A stretch of 64,000 nt of DNA, taken from assembly GCA_964636545.1 (NCBI GenBank), contig CAZWSR010000003.1, forward strand, positions 6,947 to 70,946, written 5' to 3'. This DNA is from Candidatus Undinarchaeota archaeon. GTDB lineage: Archaea > Undinarchaeota > Undinarchaeia > Undinarchaeales > UBA543. The first letter of the stretch is position 1. The number at the start of each line of letters is the position of its first letter. Positions 9,992 through 19,495 of this stretch are shown in pieces. The translations under genes were made by a program, and so were the position numbers. The notes under the pieces are model-generated. The model saw nothing but the letters and a program-made list of their open reading frames with translations, was not told the DNA's origin and ran no database searches.

Positions 9992-11188
9992 CTATTTTGA
10001 GCAACTTATTTTAATCACATCGCCATTTTTCAGCTCGTGATCTGCGCCAAGCTTCATTTTGGTTTTTGCATTAACACCGCAAATGAAGTTTTCACCAATA
10101 TCTGTGTGAATTTTATAAGCTAATTGCTTTGTGGTAGTGCCTTTTGAAACTAAATGGACATCTGGGAGAACATTTCCATTCTTGTCAGTGTATTTATTCT
10201 CATCTTCAACTGGGAAAACCGCTATCAAGTCCAGCATTTCAAACGCTGCTTTGTCTAATGCTTGCTGAACTCCGGTGCCATTGAATTTCTTAAGAACATT
10301 ATCTTTAATGAATGTTAATCCTTTTTTCTGGCTGTCAGAAAGCCCTTCTCCAAATGTAAAATCAGTTTCTCCAGGGTAATAATTTATTAAATCTTTTTCA
10401 GCTGCTCTGCGAAGTGCAAGTTCGGAATCAGCAGAAGTTGAAATTAGCATATTTTCAGTATTTTCCAATGGTTTCAGATTTTTTTCAGCTTCTGGAATAT
10501 CGCATTTGTTTGCGCAAAGCATTATTGGTTTTGAAATTTCACGCATTCGGCCAGCGAATTTAAGCAAAGCATCCTCATCCCAGTTTGCTGGATCTTCCAA
10601 GTTAAGTTCAGAGTCTTTTGCTGCCTTGATTATCATTGATTCAGTTACTCCAAGTCCAGAAAACCGTTCTGCAAGCTCTTTTCCAACATCTTTTTTCATT
10701 TGTTGGATTTCGCGAGTGAGTTTTTGCCAATCTTTTTTAAGAAGTGATAAGAACCAAAGGTCAATTTCTTCTTCTAGGAATTTTACATCCTCAACTGGGT
10801 CGTGTTCTCCGGGGTTGCACGGTTTTCCTTCAGCATCAGTTGCTCCAGCAGCGTCAATTATGTGAAGAAGTGCGTCAGCATTACAGAGATCATCAAGAAA
10901 TTGGTTTCCAAGTCCTTTTCCTTCATGAGCTCCTTTGACTAAACCAGCAACATCAAGCAGGTCAATTGGAACAAGTCGAGTTCCATTGTGGCAGGAACCG
11001 TGTTTTGGCTTGCATTCGACTTTGAGTTCTTTGCAAGCGCATTTGACTCTGACATATCCAACTCCGCGGTTTGCTTTGATAGTTGTGAATGGATAATTTG
11101 CGATTTCAGCTCCAGCCATAGTTGCTGCATTAAAGAAAGTTGATTTTCCACAGTTAGGTTTGCCAACTAGGCCTAAGATTTTGGTCAT
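9992..11188 (-). CDS. ychF: YchF/Obg-family P-loop GTPase/ATPase with TGS domain
   Basis: GKPNCGKST, YPFTT, DVAGLV, NKCD and a C-terminal TGS domain (AYKIHTDIG). Confidence 0.93.
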   Translation of the reverse strand: MTKILGLVGKPNCGKSTFFNAATMAGAEIANYPFTTIKANRGVGYVRVKCACKELKVECKPKHGSCHNGTRLVPIDLLDVAGLVKGAHEGKGLGNQFLDDLCNADALLHIIDAAGATDAEGKPCNPGEHDPVEDVKFLEEEIDLWFLSLLKKDWQKLTREIQQMKKDVGKELAERFSGLGVTESMIIKAAKDSELNLEDPANWDEDALLKFAGRMREISKPIMLCANKCDIPEAEKNLKPLENTENMLISTSADSELALRRAAEKDLINYYPGETDFTFGEGLSDSQKKGLTFIKDNVLKKFNGTGVQQALDKAAFEMLDLIAVFPVEDENKYTDKNGNVLPDVHLVSKGTTTKQLAYKIHTDIGENFICGVNAKTKMKLGADHELKNGDVIKISCSK

Positions 11189-11228
11189 TGCACTACCGCA
11201 ATCTATTTATTAATACAAGTATATTAAT

Positions 11229-11723
11229 ATGACCATGAGACTGCCAATTTGCGGGGCTTGTCTTGAGTCAGAAAAACTTTGCGAAGGATGCTCAGATAGG
11301 CTTGAAAAAGGTGAGATCCAGCATTCGGATGTTGAACTAGCAAGAGCAATGGCAAAAGTTTCAGAACAGCACCCGCAATTAGAGAAAGCAGAGTTTTTGA
11401 AAACACATGCAAATGATGATTTATTTGTTGTTGAAGTTCCAAAAGGCAGTGCTGGTCAGATTATTGGGAAAAAAGGCGCACTGATTAAGGAATTATGCAC
11501 TCACATGGGAAAAAGAATTAAGATTGTTGAAGAAACTAATGAGAAGCGCGAATTTGTTGAGAAAGTTTTGAATCCAGCAAAAATGAAAGGCATTACAGTT
11601 GGAGACAAAACATTCAAAATTTATGTTGATAGAATGGATGAGAAAAGAATCGGGAACAAGGCACCGTTTGAGAAGATTTTTTCAGAAGTTATGGGCGGGA
11701 AAGCTGAGATTGTATTTGGGTGA
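11229..11723 (+). CDS. Archaeal NusA-like KH-domain protein with an N-terminal Cys4 motif
   Basis: CGAC...CEGC and the KH motif GQIIGKKG. Confidence 0.8.
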   Translation: MTMRLPICGACLESEKLCEGCSDRLEKGEIQHSDVELARAMAKVSEQHPQLEKAEFLKTHANDDLFVVEVPKGSAGQIIGKKGALIKELCTHMGKRIKIVEETNEKREFVEKVLNPAKMKGITVGDKTFKIYVDRMDEKRIGNKAPFEKIFSEVMGGKAEIVFG

Positions 11724-12920
11724 TTATTTTTTCTTATAAGATATCTTAGAACCATGCCTAATTCTAGAAATAGTTGGATCCATTCTCCGCACATCATTGA
11801 TTATTGCAGTAATATGATAGTTTAATGTACCAGGTTTTAAACCAGAATCAGCATAGGTAGTATGAGACCACTCCTGAAATTGATTGAGAAAAACTTCCTT
11901 TCCTGTAGAAATCTCTTCTATGAACTTCTTTTTGATACCAAGAAGTATTTTTGTGGAGGACTTAGGAAAGGTACTTATGTTTTCGAGAAAGTCATTAATT
12001 TCTTCAATGCTTATTCCTTTCTTGACAATACCTTTATATTTAAGCTTAGAAAAAGGAACATATTTACCAGTTTGCACCATTTGTCTAAACAATATAGTAA
12101 CGATTAGACCTAATTGAGGAATTGGTTTTGAGTACTTTTCATTTACAAGCCTTAAAAATTCTATACGCAATACAGGACCGTCATTAAGCTTTTTAATCAA
12201 GAATGATTTTAATTTAGGAAGTGTTTTCTTGGCCTTTTTACTCAAGTATGAGAATTGAGCTGGATTCAAAGGGAATAATTCTGCTGAGCCAATTGTAATT
12301 TGTTCATACCTGTTTTCTTTTTCAATTCTTTTAGTTGTTTCTTGAATATCTTTTTCAGCAGCTTTTGCGAATTTGTTGCTCAGTTTTTCTTCTTTTTCAT
12401 TAAATTTACTAAACTCCTCATAATATTCTTTCACAAAAATCTTAGAATCTTCAGATAATTCAAATCTGGAAGTAAAGATATCTCTGATGTTTTTGATGTC
12501 TGAGATTTTTTTCCCAACAAGATTAAGAAATCCCATTTTCAGTGCAATTCCACAAAATTTAGGAAGAGTGTCAAGGTTTTGTTTCATAGAAAGTGGTAAG
12601 GCTCTGTCAATCTCACCCCAGCGAAATGGTTTATCATAATCATAAAAATGTAGTAAACAGGTTTCAATAAAGATTATACTCTGTGTATTGAGTGTTCTGG
12701 TGCGACGTGTACGAACTTTATCCATATCTACTTTTTCTTCATTATCTTCTTCATTGTCCCCATCATCTTTCTTTTTCATAGGCGCAACAGCTTTTTGAAG
12801 TCCATCATCTCCCTCTTTGTAGAGTTCCTGTAGTCTGTCGCGAAGCTTTCTGTGTAGTTCCCACATATCTTCTTTAATTTTATCAAGATCACTAATCATT
12901 AAGAAAACATTATAATTCAT
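11724..12920 (-). CDS. Hypothetical protein, possibly with several winged-helix domains
   Basis: 398 aa ORF with no recognisable catalytic motif; the true start may be one of the downstream Met codons. Confidence 0.6.
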   Translation of the reverse strand: MNYNVFLMISDLDKIKEDMWELHRKLRDRLQELYKEGDDGLQKAVAPMKKKDDGDNEEDNEEKVDMDKVRTRRTRTLNTQSIIFIETCLLHFYDYDKPFRWGEIDRALPLSMKQNLDTLPKFCGIALKMGFLNLVGKKISDIKNIRDIFTSRFELSEDSKIFVKEYYEEFSKFNEKEEKLSNKFAKAAEKDIQETTKRIEKENRYEQITIGSAELFPLNPAQFSYLSKKAKKTLPKLKSFLIKKLNDGPVLRIEFLRLVNEKYSKPIPQLGLIVTILFRQMVQTGKYVPFSKLKYKGIVKKGISIEEINDFLENISTFPKSSTKILLGIKKKFIEEISTGKEVFLNQFQEWSHTTYADSGLKPGTLNYHITAIINDVRRMDPTISRIRHGSKISYKKK

Positions 12921-12984
12921 AGAATATAAACTCTGCGTATTGGAGCCGAAAGTTATTTTATACCCTGAAACTTAACATTTTACT

Positions 12985-14721
12985 ATGAGAATAGCAATTT
13001 TGAACAAGGACGACTGCCACCCTGAAAAGTGTGGTGATTACTTGTGTGAAAGAGTTTGTCCTGTTAACAGAACTGGCAAAGAATGTATTGTCAAAGGCGA
13101 AGATGGAAAGGCCTTCATAAATGTGGAACTATGTACAGGATGCGGGATTTGTACGAAAAAGTGTCCGTTTGATGCAATTACAATTATTAATTTACCAGAG
13201 AAACTAGCAGAGAAATGTGTTCATCAATTTGGTGATGAGAACGGTTTCAAATTATTCAGAGAAGCAATACCGATTCCAGGGCAGGTTGTTGGTTTGCTTG
13301 GGCAGAATGGAACAGGTAAAACAACTGCTTTGCAGATTATTGAAGGTGCTTTGAAAGCGAATTTGGGACAGGATCATGAAGCAACTAAGGAAGAACTGTC
13401 CAAATTCTTTGCAGGATCGGAATTACAGGGCTATTTTGCGCATATTGATAAGAAAAAGATGTCTTACAAACCGCAGTATGTTGAGCGGATTCCAAAAGAA
13501 TTCAAAGGAAAAGTAAAAGCACTTCTGAAAAAAGTTGATGAAAAAGGTAATCTTGAAAAAATTGCTAAACAACTTGGTATTGACAATGTTTTAGACAGTG
13601 ATATTTCAAAAATCTCTGGTGGTGAGCTTCAGAAAACTGCAATTGCTGCTTGCTTGCTAAGAGATGCAGATATTTACTTTTTTGATGAGCCATCATCTTA
13701 TTTAGATATCCGCGAAAGATTGAAAATTGCTAAAATAATTCGGAAATTGGCTGAAAAGAAATTAGTTTTGGTAATTGAGCACGATTTGATTATTTTAGAT
13801 TACCTTGCTGACCTCGCACATATCTTTTATGGAAAACCAGGAGCATATGGTATTGTGAGCCAGCCGAAATCAATTAAAGAAGGAATTAATTCTTATTTGG
13901 AAGGTTTTTTGAAAGAAGAAAATGTGCAGTTCAGAGAAAGACCATTGAAATTTGTTGTTAAACAAGCAAGTGAGTCACAGAAAACACACAAGATTGTTGA
14001 ATTCAAAGGACTTAAGAAAAAATTCAAGAATTTTGAATTGAAAATTGATGAAGGTTGGATTCATGAAAAGGAATTGATAGGAGTTTTAGGTCCAAATGCA
14101 ACTGGAAAAACTACTTTTATGAAAATGCTGGCTGGAGAATTAAAATCTGATGCTGGTGAAGTTAGTTCAAAATTAAAAATTGCTTACAAGCCGCAGTATA
14201 TTAAGCCAGATGAAGATGTGATGGTACTGGTTGCGCTGAAAGGTGCTAGCCAGAAGATGATTGCTGATTTGGGACTTGATAAATTGCTGAATCGGACTCT
14301 TGGAGAATTATCTGGAGGAGAATTGCAGAGAGTTGCAATTGTGAAATGTTTGTCGCAAGATGCTGATTTGTATTTGTTAGATGAACCATCAGCTCATTTG
14401 GATGTTGAGCAGAGAGTTAATGCCGCTAATGTTATTCGGCACAGTATTGAGGATAGGGAGAAGAGTGCGATTGTGATTGACCACGATATTATGCTGTTGG
14501 ATTATCTTTCAGACCGTTTAATGGTGTTTGGTGGCGAGCCAGGCAAGAAAGGAACTGGAAAAGGACCATTTGAAATGGGAGAGGGGATGAATTTGTTTTT
14601 GAAAGATTTGGATATTACTTTTAGACGAGAGAAAACAACTGGAAGGCCAAGAGCGAATAAGCAAGATAGTGTGAAGGATAGGGAGCAGAAGAAAAAGGGT
14701 GAGTATTACTATTTGAAATAA
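12985..14721 (+). CDS. rli: Ribosome recycling ATPase ABCE1/RLI
   Basis: N-terminal Fe-S motifs (CHPEKC...CP, CTGCGICTKKCP) and two ABC cassettes (GQNGTGKT, GPNATGKT, SGGELQ twice). Confidence 0.96.
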   Translation: MRIAILNKDDCHPEKCGDYLCERVCPVNRTGKECIVKGEDGKAFINVELCTGCGICTKKCPFDAITIINLPEKLAEKCVHQFGDENGFKLFREAIPIPGQVVGLLGQNGTGKTTALQIIEGALKANLGQDHEATKEELSKFFAGSELQGYFAHIDKKKMSYKPQYVERIPKEFKGKVKALLKKVDEKGNLEKIAKQLGIDNVLDSDISKISGGELQKTAIAACLLRDADIYFFDEPSSYLDIRERLKIAKIIRKLAEKKLVLVIEHDLIILDYLADLAHIFYGKPGAYGIVSQPKSIKEGINSYLEGFLKEENVQFRERPLKFVVKQASESQKTHKIVEFKGLKKKFKNFELKIDEGWIHEKELIGVLGPNATGKTTFMKMLAGELKSDAGEVSSKLKIAYKPQYIKPDEDVMVLVALKGASQKMIADLGLDKLLNRTLGELSGGELQRVAIVKCLSQDADLYLLDEPSAHLDVEQRVNAANVIRHSIEDREKSAIVIDHDIMLLDYLSDRLMVFGGEPGKKGTGKGPFEMGEGMNLFLKDLDITFRREKTTGRPRANKQDSVKDREQKKKGEYYYLK

Positions 14722-14979
14722 CTACTTTTTTGAATATTTCCACTTCATTCCAATTAAAATTATATTAAAACAAACACCAGCAATGTTTGCTCCAATCACA
14801 ATTACATCTTTTATGTGAATACCATACAAAAGCCACAAGAACATTCCAAAGAACAGGAGAAAATACATCCCATAGGAAATATCGCCCATTTCTTTAGATT
14901 TGAAACTTTTGATAATCTGTGGCAAAAATCCAGATAAGGTGATTAAGGCAGCTGCAAGCCCAATAACATACCAAAACAT
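14722..14979 (-). CDS. SemiSWEET/PQ-loop family transporter
   Basis: 85 aa with three TM helices and the FLPQIIKS PQ motif. Confidence 0.88.
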   Translation of the reverse strand: MFWYVIGLAAALITLSGFLPQIIKSFKSKEMGDISYGMYFLLFFGMFLWLLYGIHIKDVIVIGANIAGVCFNIILIGMKWKYSKK

Positions 14980-14980
14980 T

Positions 14981-15382
14981 TTATTCGCCCCCAGTTATTT
15001 GTGCGAGAACAGCATCGAAATCACATTCAATATCCGGGCCTAACTGAACTGCGAATGGTTCTATAGCACCTTCATATGCTGGAATAAGATGAACATGAGT
15101 GTGTGGAACATCCACTCCCATTACAAGCAAAAACACGTACTTAGCGCTTAGTTTTTCTTTTAGGTTTTTTGCGAGCTTTTGGCTTAGGGCGAACAGTTCT
15201 TTTACTTCGTTTTCTGGCATTTCCAGAAATGTTTCGTAATGGCTTTTTGGTATTACGAGTGCGTGGCCTTTTGCTGTTGGATTTATGTCCAGAAACGCGA
15301 GAAACTTTTCGTCCTCGTGAATTTTTTTGCTTGGTATTTCGTTTTTTACTATTTTGCAGAAGATGCAGTTTTCGTTTGTCAT
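14981..15382 (-). CDS. hit: HIT family nucleotide hydrolase
   Basis: CIFCKI N-terminus and the HTHVHLIP histidine triad; GAGGA SD-like sequence upstream. Confidence 0.93.
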   Translation of the reverse strand: MTNENCIFCKIVKNEIPSKKIHEDEKFLAFLDINPTAKGHALVIPKSHYETFLEMPENEVKELFALSQKLAKNLKEKLSAKYVFLLVMGVDVPHTHVHLIPAYEGAIEPFAVQLGPDIECDFDAVLAQITGGE

Positions 15383-15821
15383 TTTTTCCTCTTTTTCCCT
15401 TTGATAAGGTTTTAGGTTTTTGGTTTTTGGTTTTTGGTTTGATTAGAAACGAATCAAAAATTGACTCAAATGATTTTGCTTTCGGTGCCCCGGCTCCACG
15501 GCGCCCCGGCTTTACTTTTTTCGGTTTTTTCTTACTCAGCTTAGCAACTCTGTCAAACATTTTGTCCTTGGAAATAACTAACTGTTTACCTTTTTTGGTG
15601 ATTTTGACAACGCCATACCATTTTAGAACTTGCGTTTCTGAAACAGCTGCGGCTGGAGAGATTTTGACTTTGTCAGGAAATTTGACACAATACTCGCGAA
15701 TGTCGTCATCATAAACAACTGTAAGGGACTTACGCTTTTTTGCTCGAAAAATAGCATCCAAGATAAGAACTGTATTTTTTCCCGGCTCTCCAATTACTTT
15801 TAGAATGTTATCAGGAAGCAT
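15141..15821 (-). CDS. Hypothetical basic protein; the C-terminal 80 codons overlap the HIT gene in another frame
   Basis: TTTAAA box and GAGGTG SD upstream of the ATG. The N-terminal ~100 aa look globular, followed by repeat-derived peptides and a K/R-rich tail. Confidence 0.6.
   Translation of the reverse strand: MLPDNILKVIGEPGKNTVLILDAIFRAKKRKSLTVVYDDDIREYCVKFPDKVKISPAAAVSETQVLKWYGVVKITKKGKQLVISKDKMFDRVAKLSKKKPKKVKPGRRGAGAPKAKSFESIFDSFLIKPKTKNQKPKTLSKGKRGKNDKRKLHLLQNSKKRNTKQKNSRGRKVSRVSGHKSNSKRPRTRNTKKPLRNISGNARKRSKRTVRPKPKARKKPKRKTKR
15408..15442. repeat. AT-rich heptamer array (GGTTTTW x5), coding in-frame for KPKTKNQKPKT
   Basis: ggtttta ggttttt ggttttt ggttttt ggtttga. Confidence 0.8.
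15483..15514. repeat. GC-rich octamer array (single arm), in-frame in the 226-aa ORF (KPGRRGAGAPK)
   Basis: cggtgccc cggctcca cggcgccc cggcttta. Confidence 0.85.
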
Positions 15822-15980
15822 TAGTGCTATTCCACCTCAGAATTGGGTAATAAGTACGTGTTTAAATAGTTTTTAGAGTCCGCCTTGCCGCGGACGATGG
15901 CATGAGGGCATCGCCTTCGGCGAAGCCCTGTCTTGAAATTGGTTCGATCTGCGATAGTTTTTTCTGAGAAACTAAAAAAG

Positions 15981-16054
15981 TGGACCCGTCGTGATTTGAA
16001 CACGAGGCCTCTACCATGCCAGGGTAGCGATCTACCGGACTGATCTACGGGCCC
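15981..16054 (-). tRNA. tRNA-Ala(GGC), no encoded CCA
   Basis: Cloverleaf with acceptor GGGCCCG/CGGGTCC including the G3:U70 alanine determinant, anticodon arm CTACC-CTGGCAT-GGTAG and TTCAAAT T-loop. Confidence 0.95.
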
Positions 16055-16097
16055 AACTGAATTTTCAATAACAACACCACTTTATAATCGTTTTGAC

Positions 16098-16131
16098 TCT
16101 ACCAACTACCTACCACCCACCACCTACTACC
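16098..16131. repeat. GGTAGTA-family heptamer arm; supplies the TAG stop of the EamA gene
   Basis: aactacc taccacc caccacc tactacc (minus strand ggtagta ggtggtg ggtggta ggtagtt). Confidence 0.8.
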
Positions 16132-17038
16132 TTTTCTTAAACAAATAATGAGTCCGCTTAGAACCAGCATAATAAATTATTTTTGATAAACGGCCACGGC
16201 CATATCCACGCATGTAATGTAAGAAAGTTCCGCCAATAAGCAGAACAATAGTTCCTGCAGCAAATCTTGCAGAAAGTGTTTCTCCGAATATGAAGATAGC
16301 ATAGATGAATGCAGATATTGTTGCGCCAAGAAGCAGAGTTATACTCATTGTTTCTGTTTTCAAGCGCATTATAGAATAATTAAAGCAAATATAACCAAAT
16401 CCAGTAGCTCCAACACCAAGAAGAGCTAACCAGTGCCAGACAGCAGCGACATTTCCGAATCCGTAAATCATTGGAAATGGTGCTAGGAATAATGAAGCAA
16501 ATAAGAATATCCAGAAAGTTCCTTTCAAAGTTTGAATCATACCCTCTCTGCGCATATACACAACCATTATTGAGTAAAGCACAACTTCAAGGAACATTAT
16601 TGTTACCCCAATTTGGGATTTGAAAGTGATTGGGTTTAGGACAAGAATTGCAACTGCACCGAAAATAAGTGCAATTAAATCAGATGCGCGGATTCCGTCC
16701 TTGAGAATATACCCACCAAAAACCAGTATGAAGAATGGGAAAAACGCATCCATTACATATGCTTGAGTGATTGTAAGATAGTGAAACGCTGTGTTGAATA
16801 AGGACATTGCAGCGCCGATTAAGAAACCTATTATGATGTAGTATCTGGCTTCACCCTTAGTGATTTTGAATAGATCTCGCCTAAAGAATAAGCCAATGAT
16901 TCCTAGAAAAACAGCTGCAATAAAAACACGTAAGAAATTAACAGTCATAAACGGCACAGCAGTTCCTATAAGGTTGATCCACAATCCTATGCTTCCAATG
17001 GCAAGTGCAGCTAAAACTGCAAATAGGTATTTTCCCAT
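16127..17038 (-). CDS. EamA/DMT family transporter
   Basis: 303 aa, about 10 TM helices in two repeated halves. Confidence 0.88.
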   Translation of the reverse strand: MGKYLFAVLAALAIGSIGLWINLIGTAVPFMTVNFLRVFIAAVFLGIIGLFFRRDLFKITKGEARYYIIIGFLIGAAMSLFNTAFHYLTITQAYVMDAFFPFFILVFGGYILKDGIRASDLIALIFGAVAILVLNPITFKSQIGVTIMFLEVVLYSIMVVYMRREGMIQTLKGTFWIFLFASLFLAPFPMIYGFGNVAAVWHWLALLGVGATGFGYICFNYSIMRLKTETMSITLLLGATISAFIYAIFIFGETLSARFAAGTIVLLIGGTFLHYMRGYGRGRLSKIIYYAGSKRTHYLFKKR

Positions 17039-17088
17039 TAAGAAGAGGATGATTTTGGGATTTAAATAATTTGTTGTAAGAGAAAAAG

Positions 17089-17166
17089 TGGTGCCCCGAC
17101 CGGGATTCGAACCCAGGTCCCAGCCTTGAGAAGGCTGAATGATTGACCGGACTACACCATCAGGGC
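17089..17166 (-). tRNA. tRNA-Glu(CTC), CCA encoded
   Basis: GCCCTGA acceptor, anticodon arm CAGCC-TTCTCAA-GGCTG, GTTCGAATC T-arm and 3' ACCA. Confidence 0.95.
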
Positions 17167-17225
17167 AACAGCTATCTAAAAATCTACTTCTGATTGTTTT
17201 TAAAGTTTGTTATAGGAATAAATAA

Positions 17226-17903
17226 TCAAACCAGTTTCTTCTGCACATATTTTGGCTTCTTTTTTGGGAACAATAATTTCTTCAATCGCTTGAAAAGTCC
17301 TGTGGACAATCGCCTATATCCGTATGTTATGAAGCTAACACCAATAAAAATTGTTATTGCCTTGCCAATTATTGTCCTTGACATTATTTTTAGAACATCA
17401 ACAAGGGTAATCAAGTTCTGTTGCGACACAAGAGATGCAGTTAAAACAATTGAAGCACCAAGCAGAATATAGAGAAGTCCTTTGAATCGATCTCCTGCTT
17501 CTGCTGTTTTCTCATAAAACACAACAATGTTTTTTTGAGTTGAGTGAAAACCATTACTTACTGACTTTCTAAGGGTCCCGATTTGTTTTGCAGTTTCCTG
17601 ATCCTTGACAAAAACAGCCACTGGCCCCATGTCTTGGCTATCCACATGATCAAGAAGATCTTTTTCAAACTGCTCATCAACTTCTTCCTCAATTGCTTCA
17701 CCAATTTCTTCAAGACTGTCTTCAATAAATTCCTGTTCTTCCTCAGCTGTTGCGTTTTTTGGTAATATTGGTTCTTCAGAATCAGATTTGTTTTCCTTAG
17801 GATTGGTTCTTACAGTATCTAAAATAGATTCAATATCATGATGTTCTTTCTTAGCCCTTGGCTTTTTGCTTTTAGCTTTTTTTGGTGATTTTTTGGGACT
17901 CAT
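17226..17903 (-). CDS. Hypothetical membrane protein (basic/acidic N-terminus, two C-terminal TM helices)
   Basis: 225 aa; ATGA overlap with the asnS stop. Confidence 0.75.
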   Translation of the reverse strand: MSPKKSPKKAKSKKPRAKKEHHDIESILDTVRTNPKENKSDSEEPILPKNATAEEEQEFIEDSLEEIGEAIEEEVDEQFEKDLLDHVDSQDMGPVAVFVKDQETAKQIGTLRKSVSNGFHSTQKNIVVFYEKTAEAGDRFKGLLYILLGASIVLTASLVSQQNLITLVDVLKIMSRTIIGKAITIFIGVSFITYGYRRLSTGLFKRLKKLLFPKKKPKYVQKKLV

Positions 17904-19195
17904 GGATGGGACCTATTCATTGTTCTTGGAAAAGTAACAGCTTCCTTGATATTGTCAATGCCACAAATCCATGCTATAACGCGCTCAACACCTACACCAT
18001 AACCAGAATGAGGAACATTTCCATAGCGGCGAAGATCGAAATACCAATCATAATCACCTACAGCTGCATCTTTTTTCTTTGCATCTTTTTTCATCTGCTC
18101 AATGTCAGTTGAGCGCTCAGAACCACCGACAATTTCGCGATATCCTTCAGGAGCTATCATATCAAAACAAAGCGCTACTTTCGGGTTTTTTGGATCAGGA
18201 GGTTTATAAAATGCCATAATTTCTTTTGGATAATAGGTAACAACAACAGGAATTCCGAAATGTTTGCCTAACAGTTCCTCTTCCTTAGTACGAAGATCTT
18301 TACCCCAAGGAACCTTCATTTTGTATTCTTTGTCAAGAATTTTCAAAGCTTCCGTGTAAGTTATCGTGGGATATTTTTCTTTTGCATATTTCTCAAGAAG
18401 TGGAATATCTCGCTCAAGAAGCTTCAGCTCTTCTTTGTTTTCTTTCAGAACTTTTTGAATAATAAATCTGATTTCGTCTTTTGCAACTTCTGTAACTTCG
18501 TCAAGTTTCATCCAGGCAGCTTCCATTTCAGCCATCCAGAATTCAGCAATGTGCATTGAAGTTTTTGATGGCTCTGCTCTGAAAGTAGGAGAAACATCAT
18601 AGATTTTTTCAAGTGCAAATATACCTGCCTCAGCATAAAGTTGCCAAGATTGAGAAAGGTATAAGATTTCATCAAAATATTTGACCTCAAACAGAGTCAT
18701 AGCGCCCTCACACGCATTTGGTGTCAGAACAGGTGGGTCAAATTCAAAATAACCACGACCACGGAAAAATTCATGGATAGCACCCATTACTGTATGACGA
18801 ATTTTGAGTATTGCGGTTAATCGTCTGCTCCTCAGCCAGAGATGGCGGTTATCTAAAAGAAATTCTGGACTTTGATCTTTAGTAATTGGAAACCGCTCTG
18901 CTAAACCAACTATTTCAAGAGAGTCAACATCGATTTCATATCCAGTTGGAGCACGGCCGTCTTTGCGAACTTTGCCAGAAAGCTGAATTGAACTTTCCAT
19001 TGTAACTTTCTTTGCTTCTGAAAATGCTTTCTTGCTATCGGTTTTGACAATTACCTGAATTATTTCAGAAGAATCTCGTAGCACAATAAAAACCTTGTCC
19101 TTAAGCTTCCGCTCCCGATAAACCCAGCCACGGACAGAAACTGTTTTCCCTTCTTGTTTGCTGGAAAGCGCTTGTTTTATGGGAATGAACTCCAT
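17900..19195 (-). CDS. asnS: Asparagine--tRNA ligase (archaeal type)
   Basis: OB-fold N-terminus (RGWV...FIVLRDSS), YLSQSWQLY, APEGYREIVGGSER, WYFDLRRYGNVPHSGYGVGVER. Start placed at MEFIPIK rather than at the longer ORF-track start. Confidence 0.88.
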   Translation of the reverse strand: MEFIPIKQALSSKQEGKTVSVRGWVYRERKLKDKVFIVLRDSSEIIQVIVKTDSKKAFSEAKKVTMESSIQLSGKVRKDGRAPTGYEIDVDSLEIVGLAERFPITKDQSPEFLLDNRHLWLRSRRLTAILKIRHTVMGAIHEFFRGRGYFEFDPPVLTPNACEGAMTLFEVKYFDEILYLSQSWQLYAEAGIFALEKIYDVSPTFRAEPSKTSMHIAEFWMAEMEAAWMKLDEVTEVAKDEIRFIIQKVLKENKEELKLLERDIPLLEKYAKEKYPTITYTEALKILDKEYKMKVPWGKDLRTKEEELLGKHFGIPVVVTYYPKEIMAFYKPPDPKNPKVALCFDMIAPEGYREIVGGSERSTDIEQMKKDAKKKDAAVGDYDWYFDLRRYGNVPHSGYGVGVERVIAWICGIDNIKEAVTFPRTMNRSHP

Positions 19196-19495
19196 AGTAT
19201 CATCTAAGTAATCCTTTTTTATAAAGGTTTGTAGCAACCAAATTTTAAGGAAAAGTATATAAACAATATTTTACTAACGTTAAATTAGAAACAACAGAAA
19301 AAGAGATCAAAGCCAGGAACAACCATGAGTTGCCGCTCATGATATTGGTTTTGATGGGTGGTCGATGTGAATTTTAGATAATACTATTTTAGTTACTATC
19401 ACAATTATAAAGAGATAGTAAAACTGAGTATATAAGCATTTCGGAAAAAGTTGGTTTTTCTATTTCTTAAAAAATTTGGAGGCAAAAAAACTAAA

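Noticed and set aside
15169-15714. 181-aa plus-strand ORF
   Set aside because: It is the antisense mirror of the Lys-rich minus-strand ORF and hit; no independent signals.
15879-15931. Fluoride riboswitch or other known riboswitch
   Set aside because: Only a GGCGATG-like start is present. The downstream conserved elements are lacking and there is no crcB-type gene downstream.
19196-19237. N-terminal extension of asnS; likewise the ORF-track extensions of ftsZ, drg, rrp41, trmJ and rpl15e
   Set aside because: The extensions run through TATA boxes, upstream genes or repeats. The downstream ATGs match family N-termini and SD/ATGA signals.
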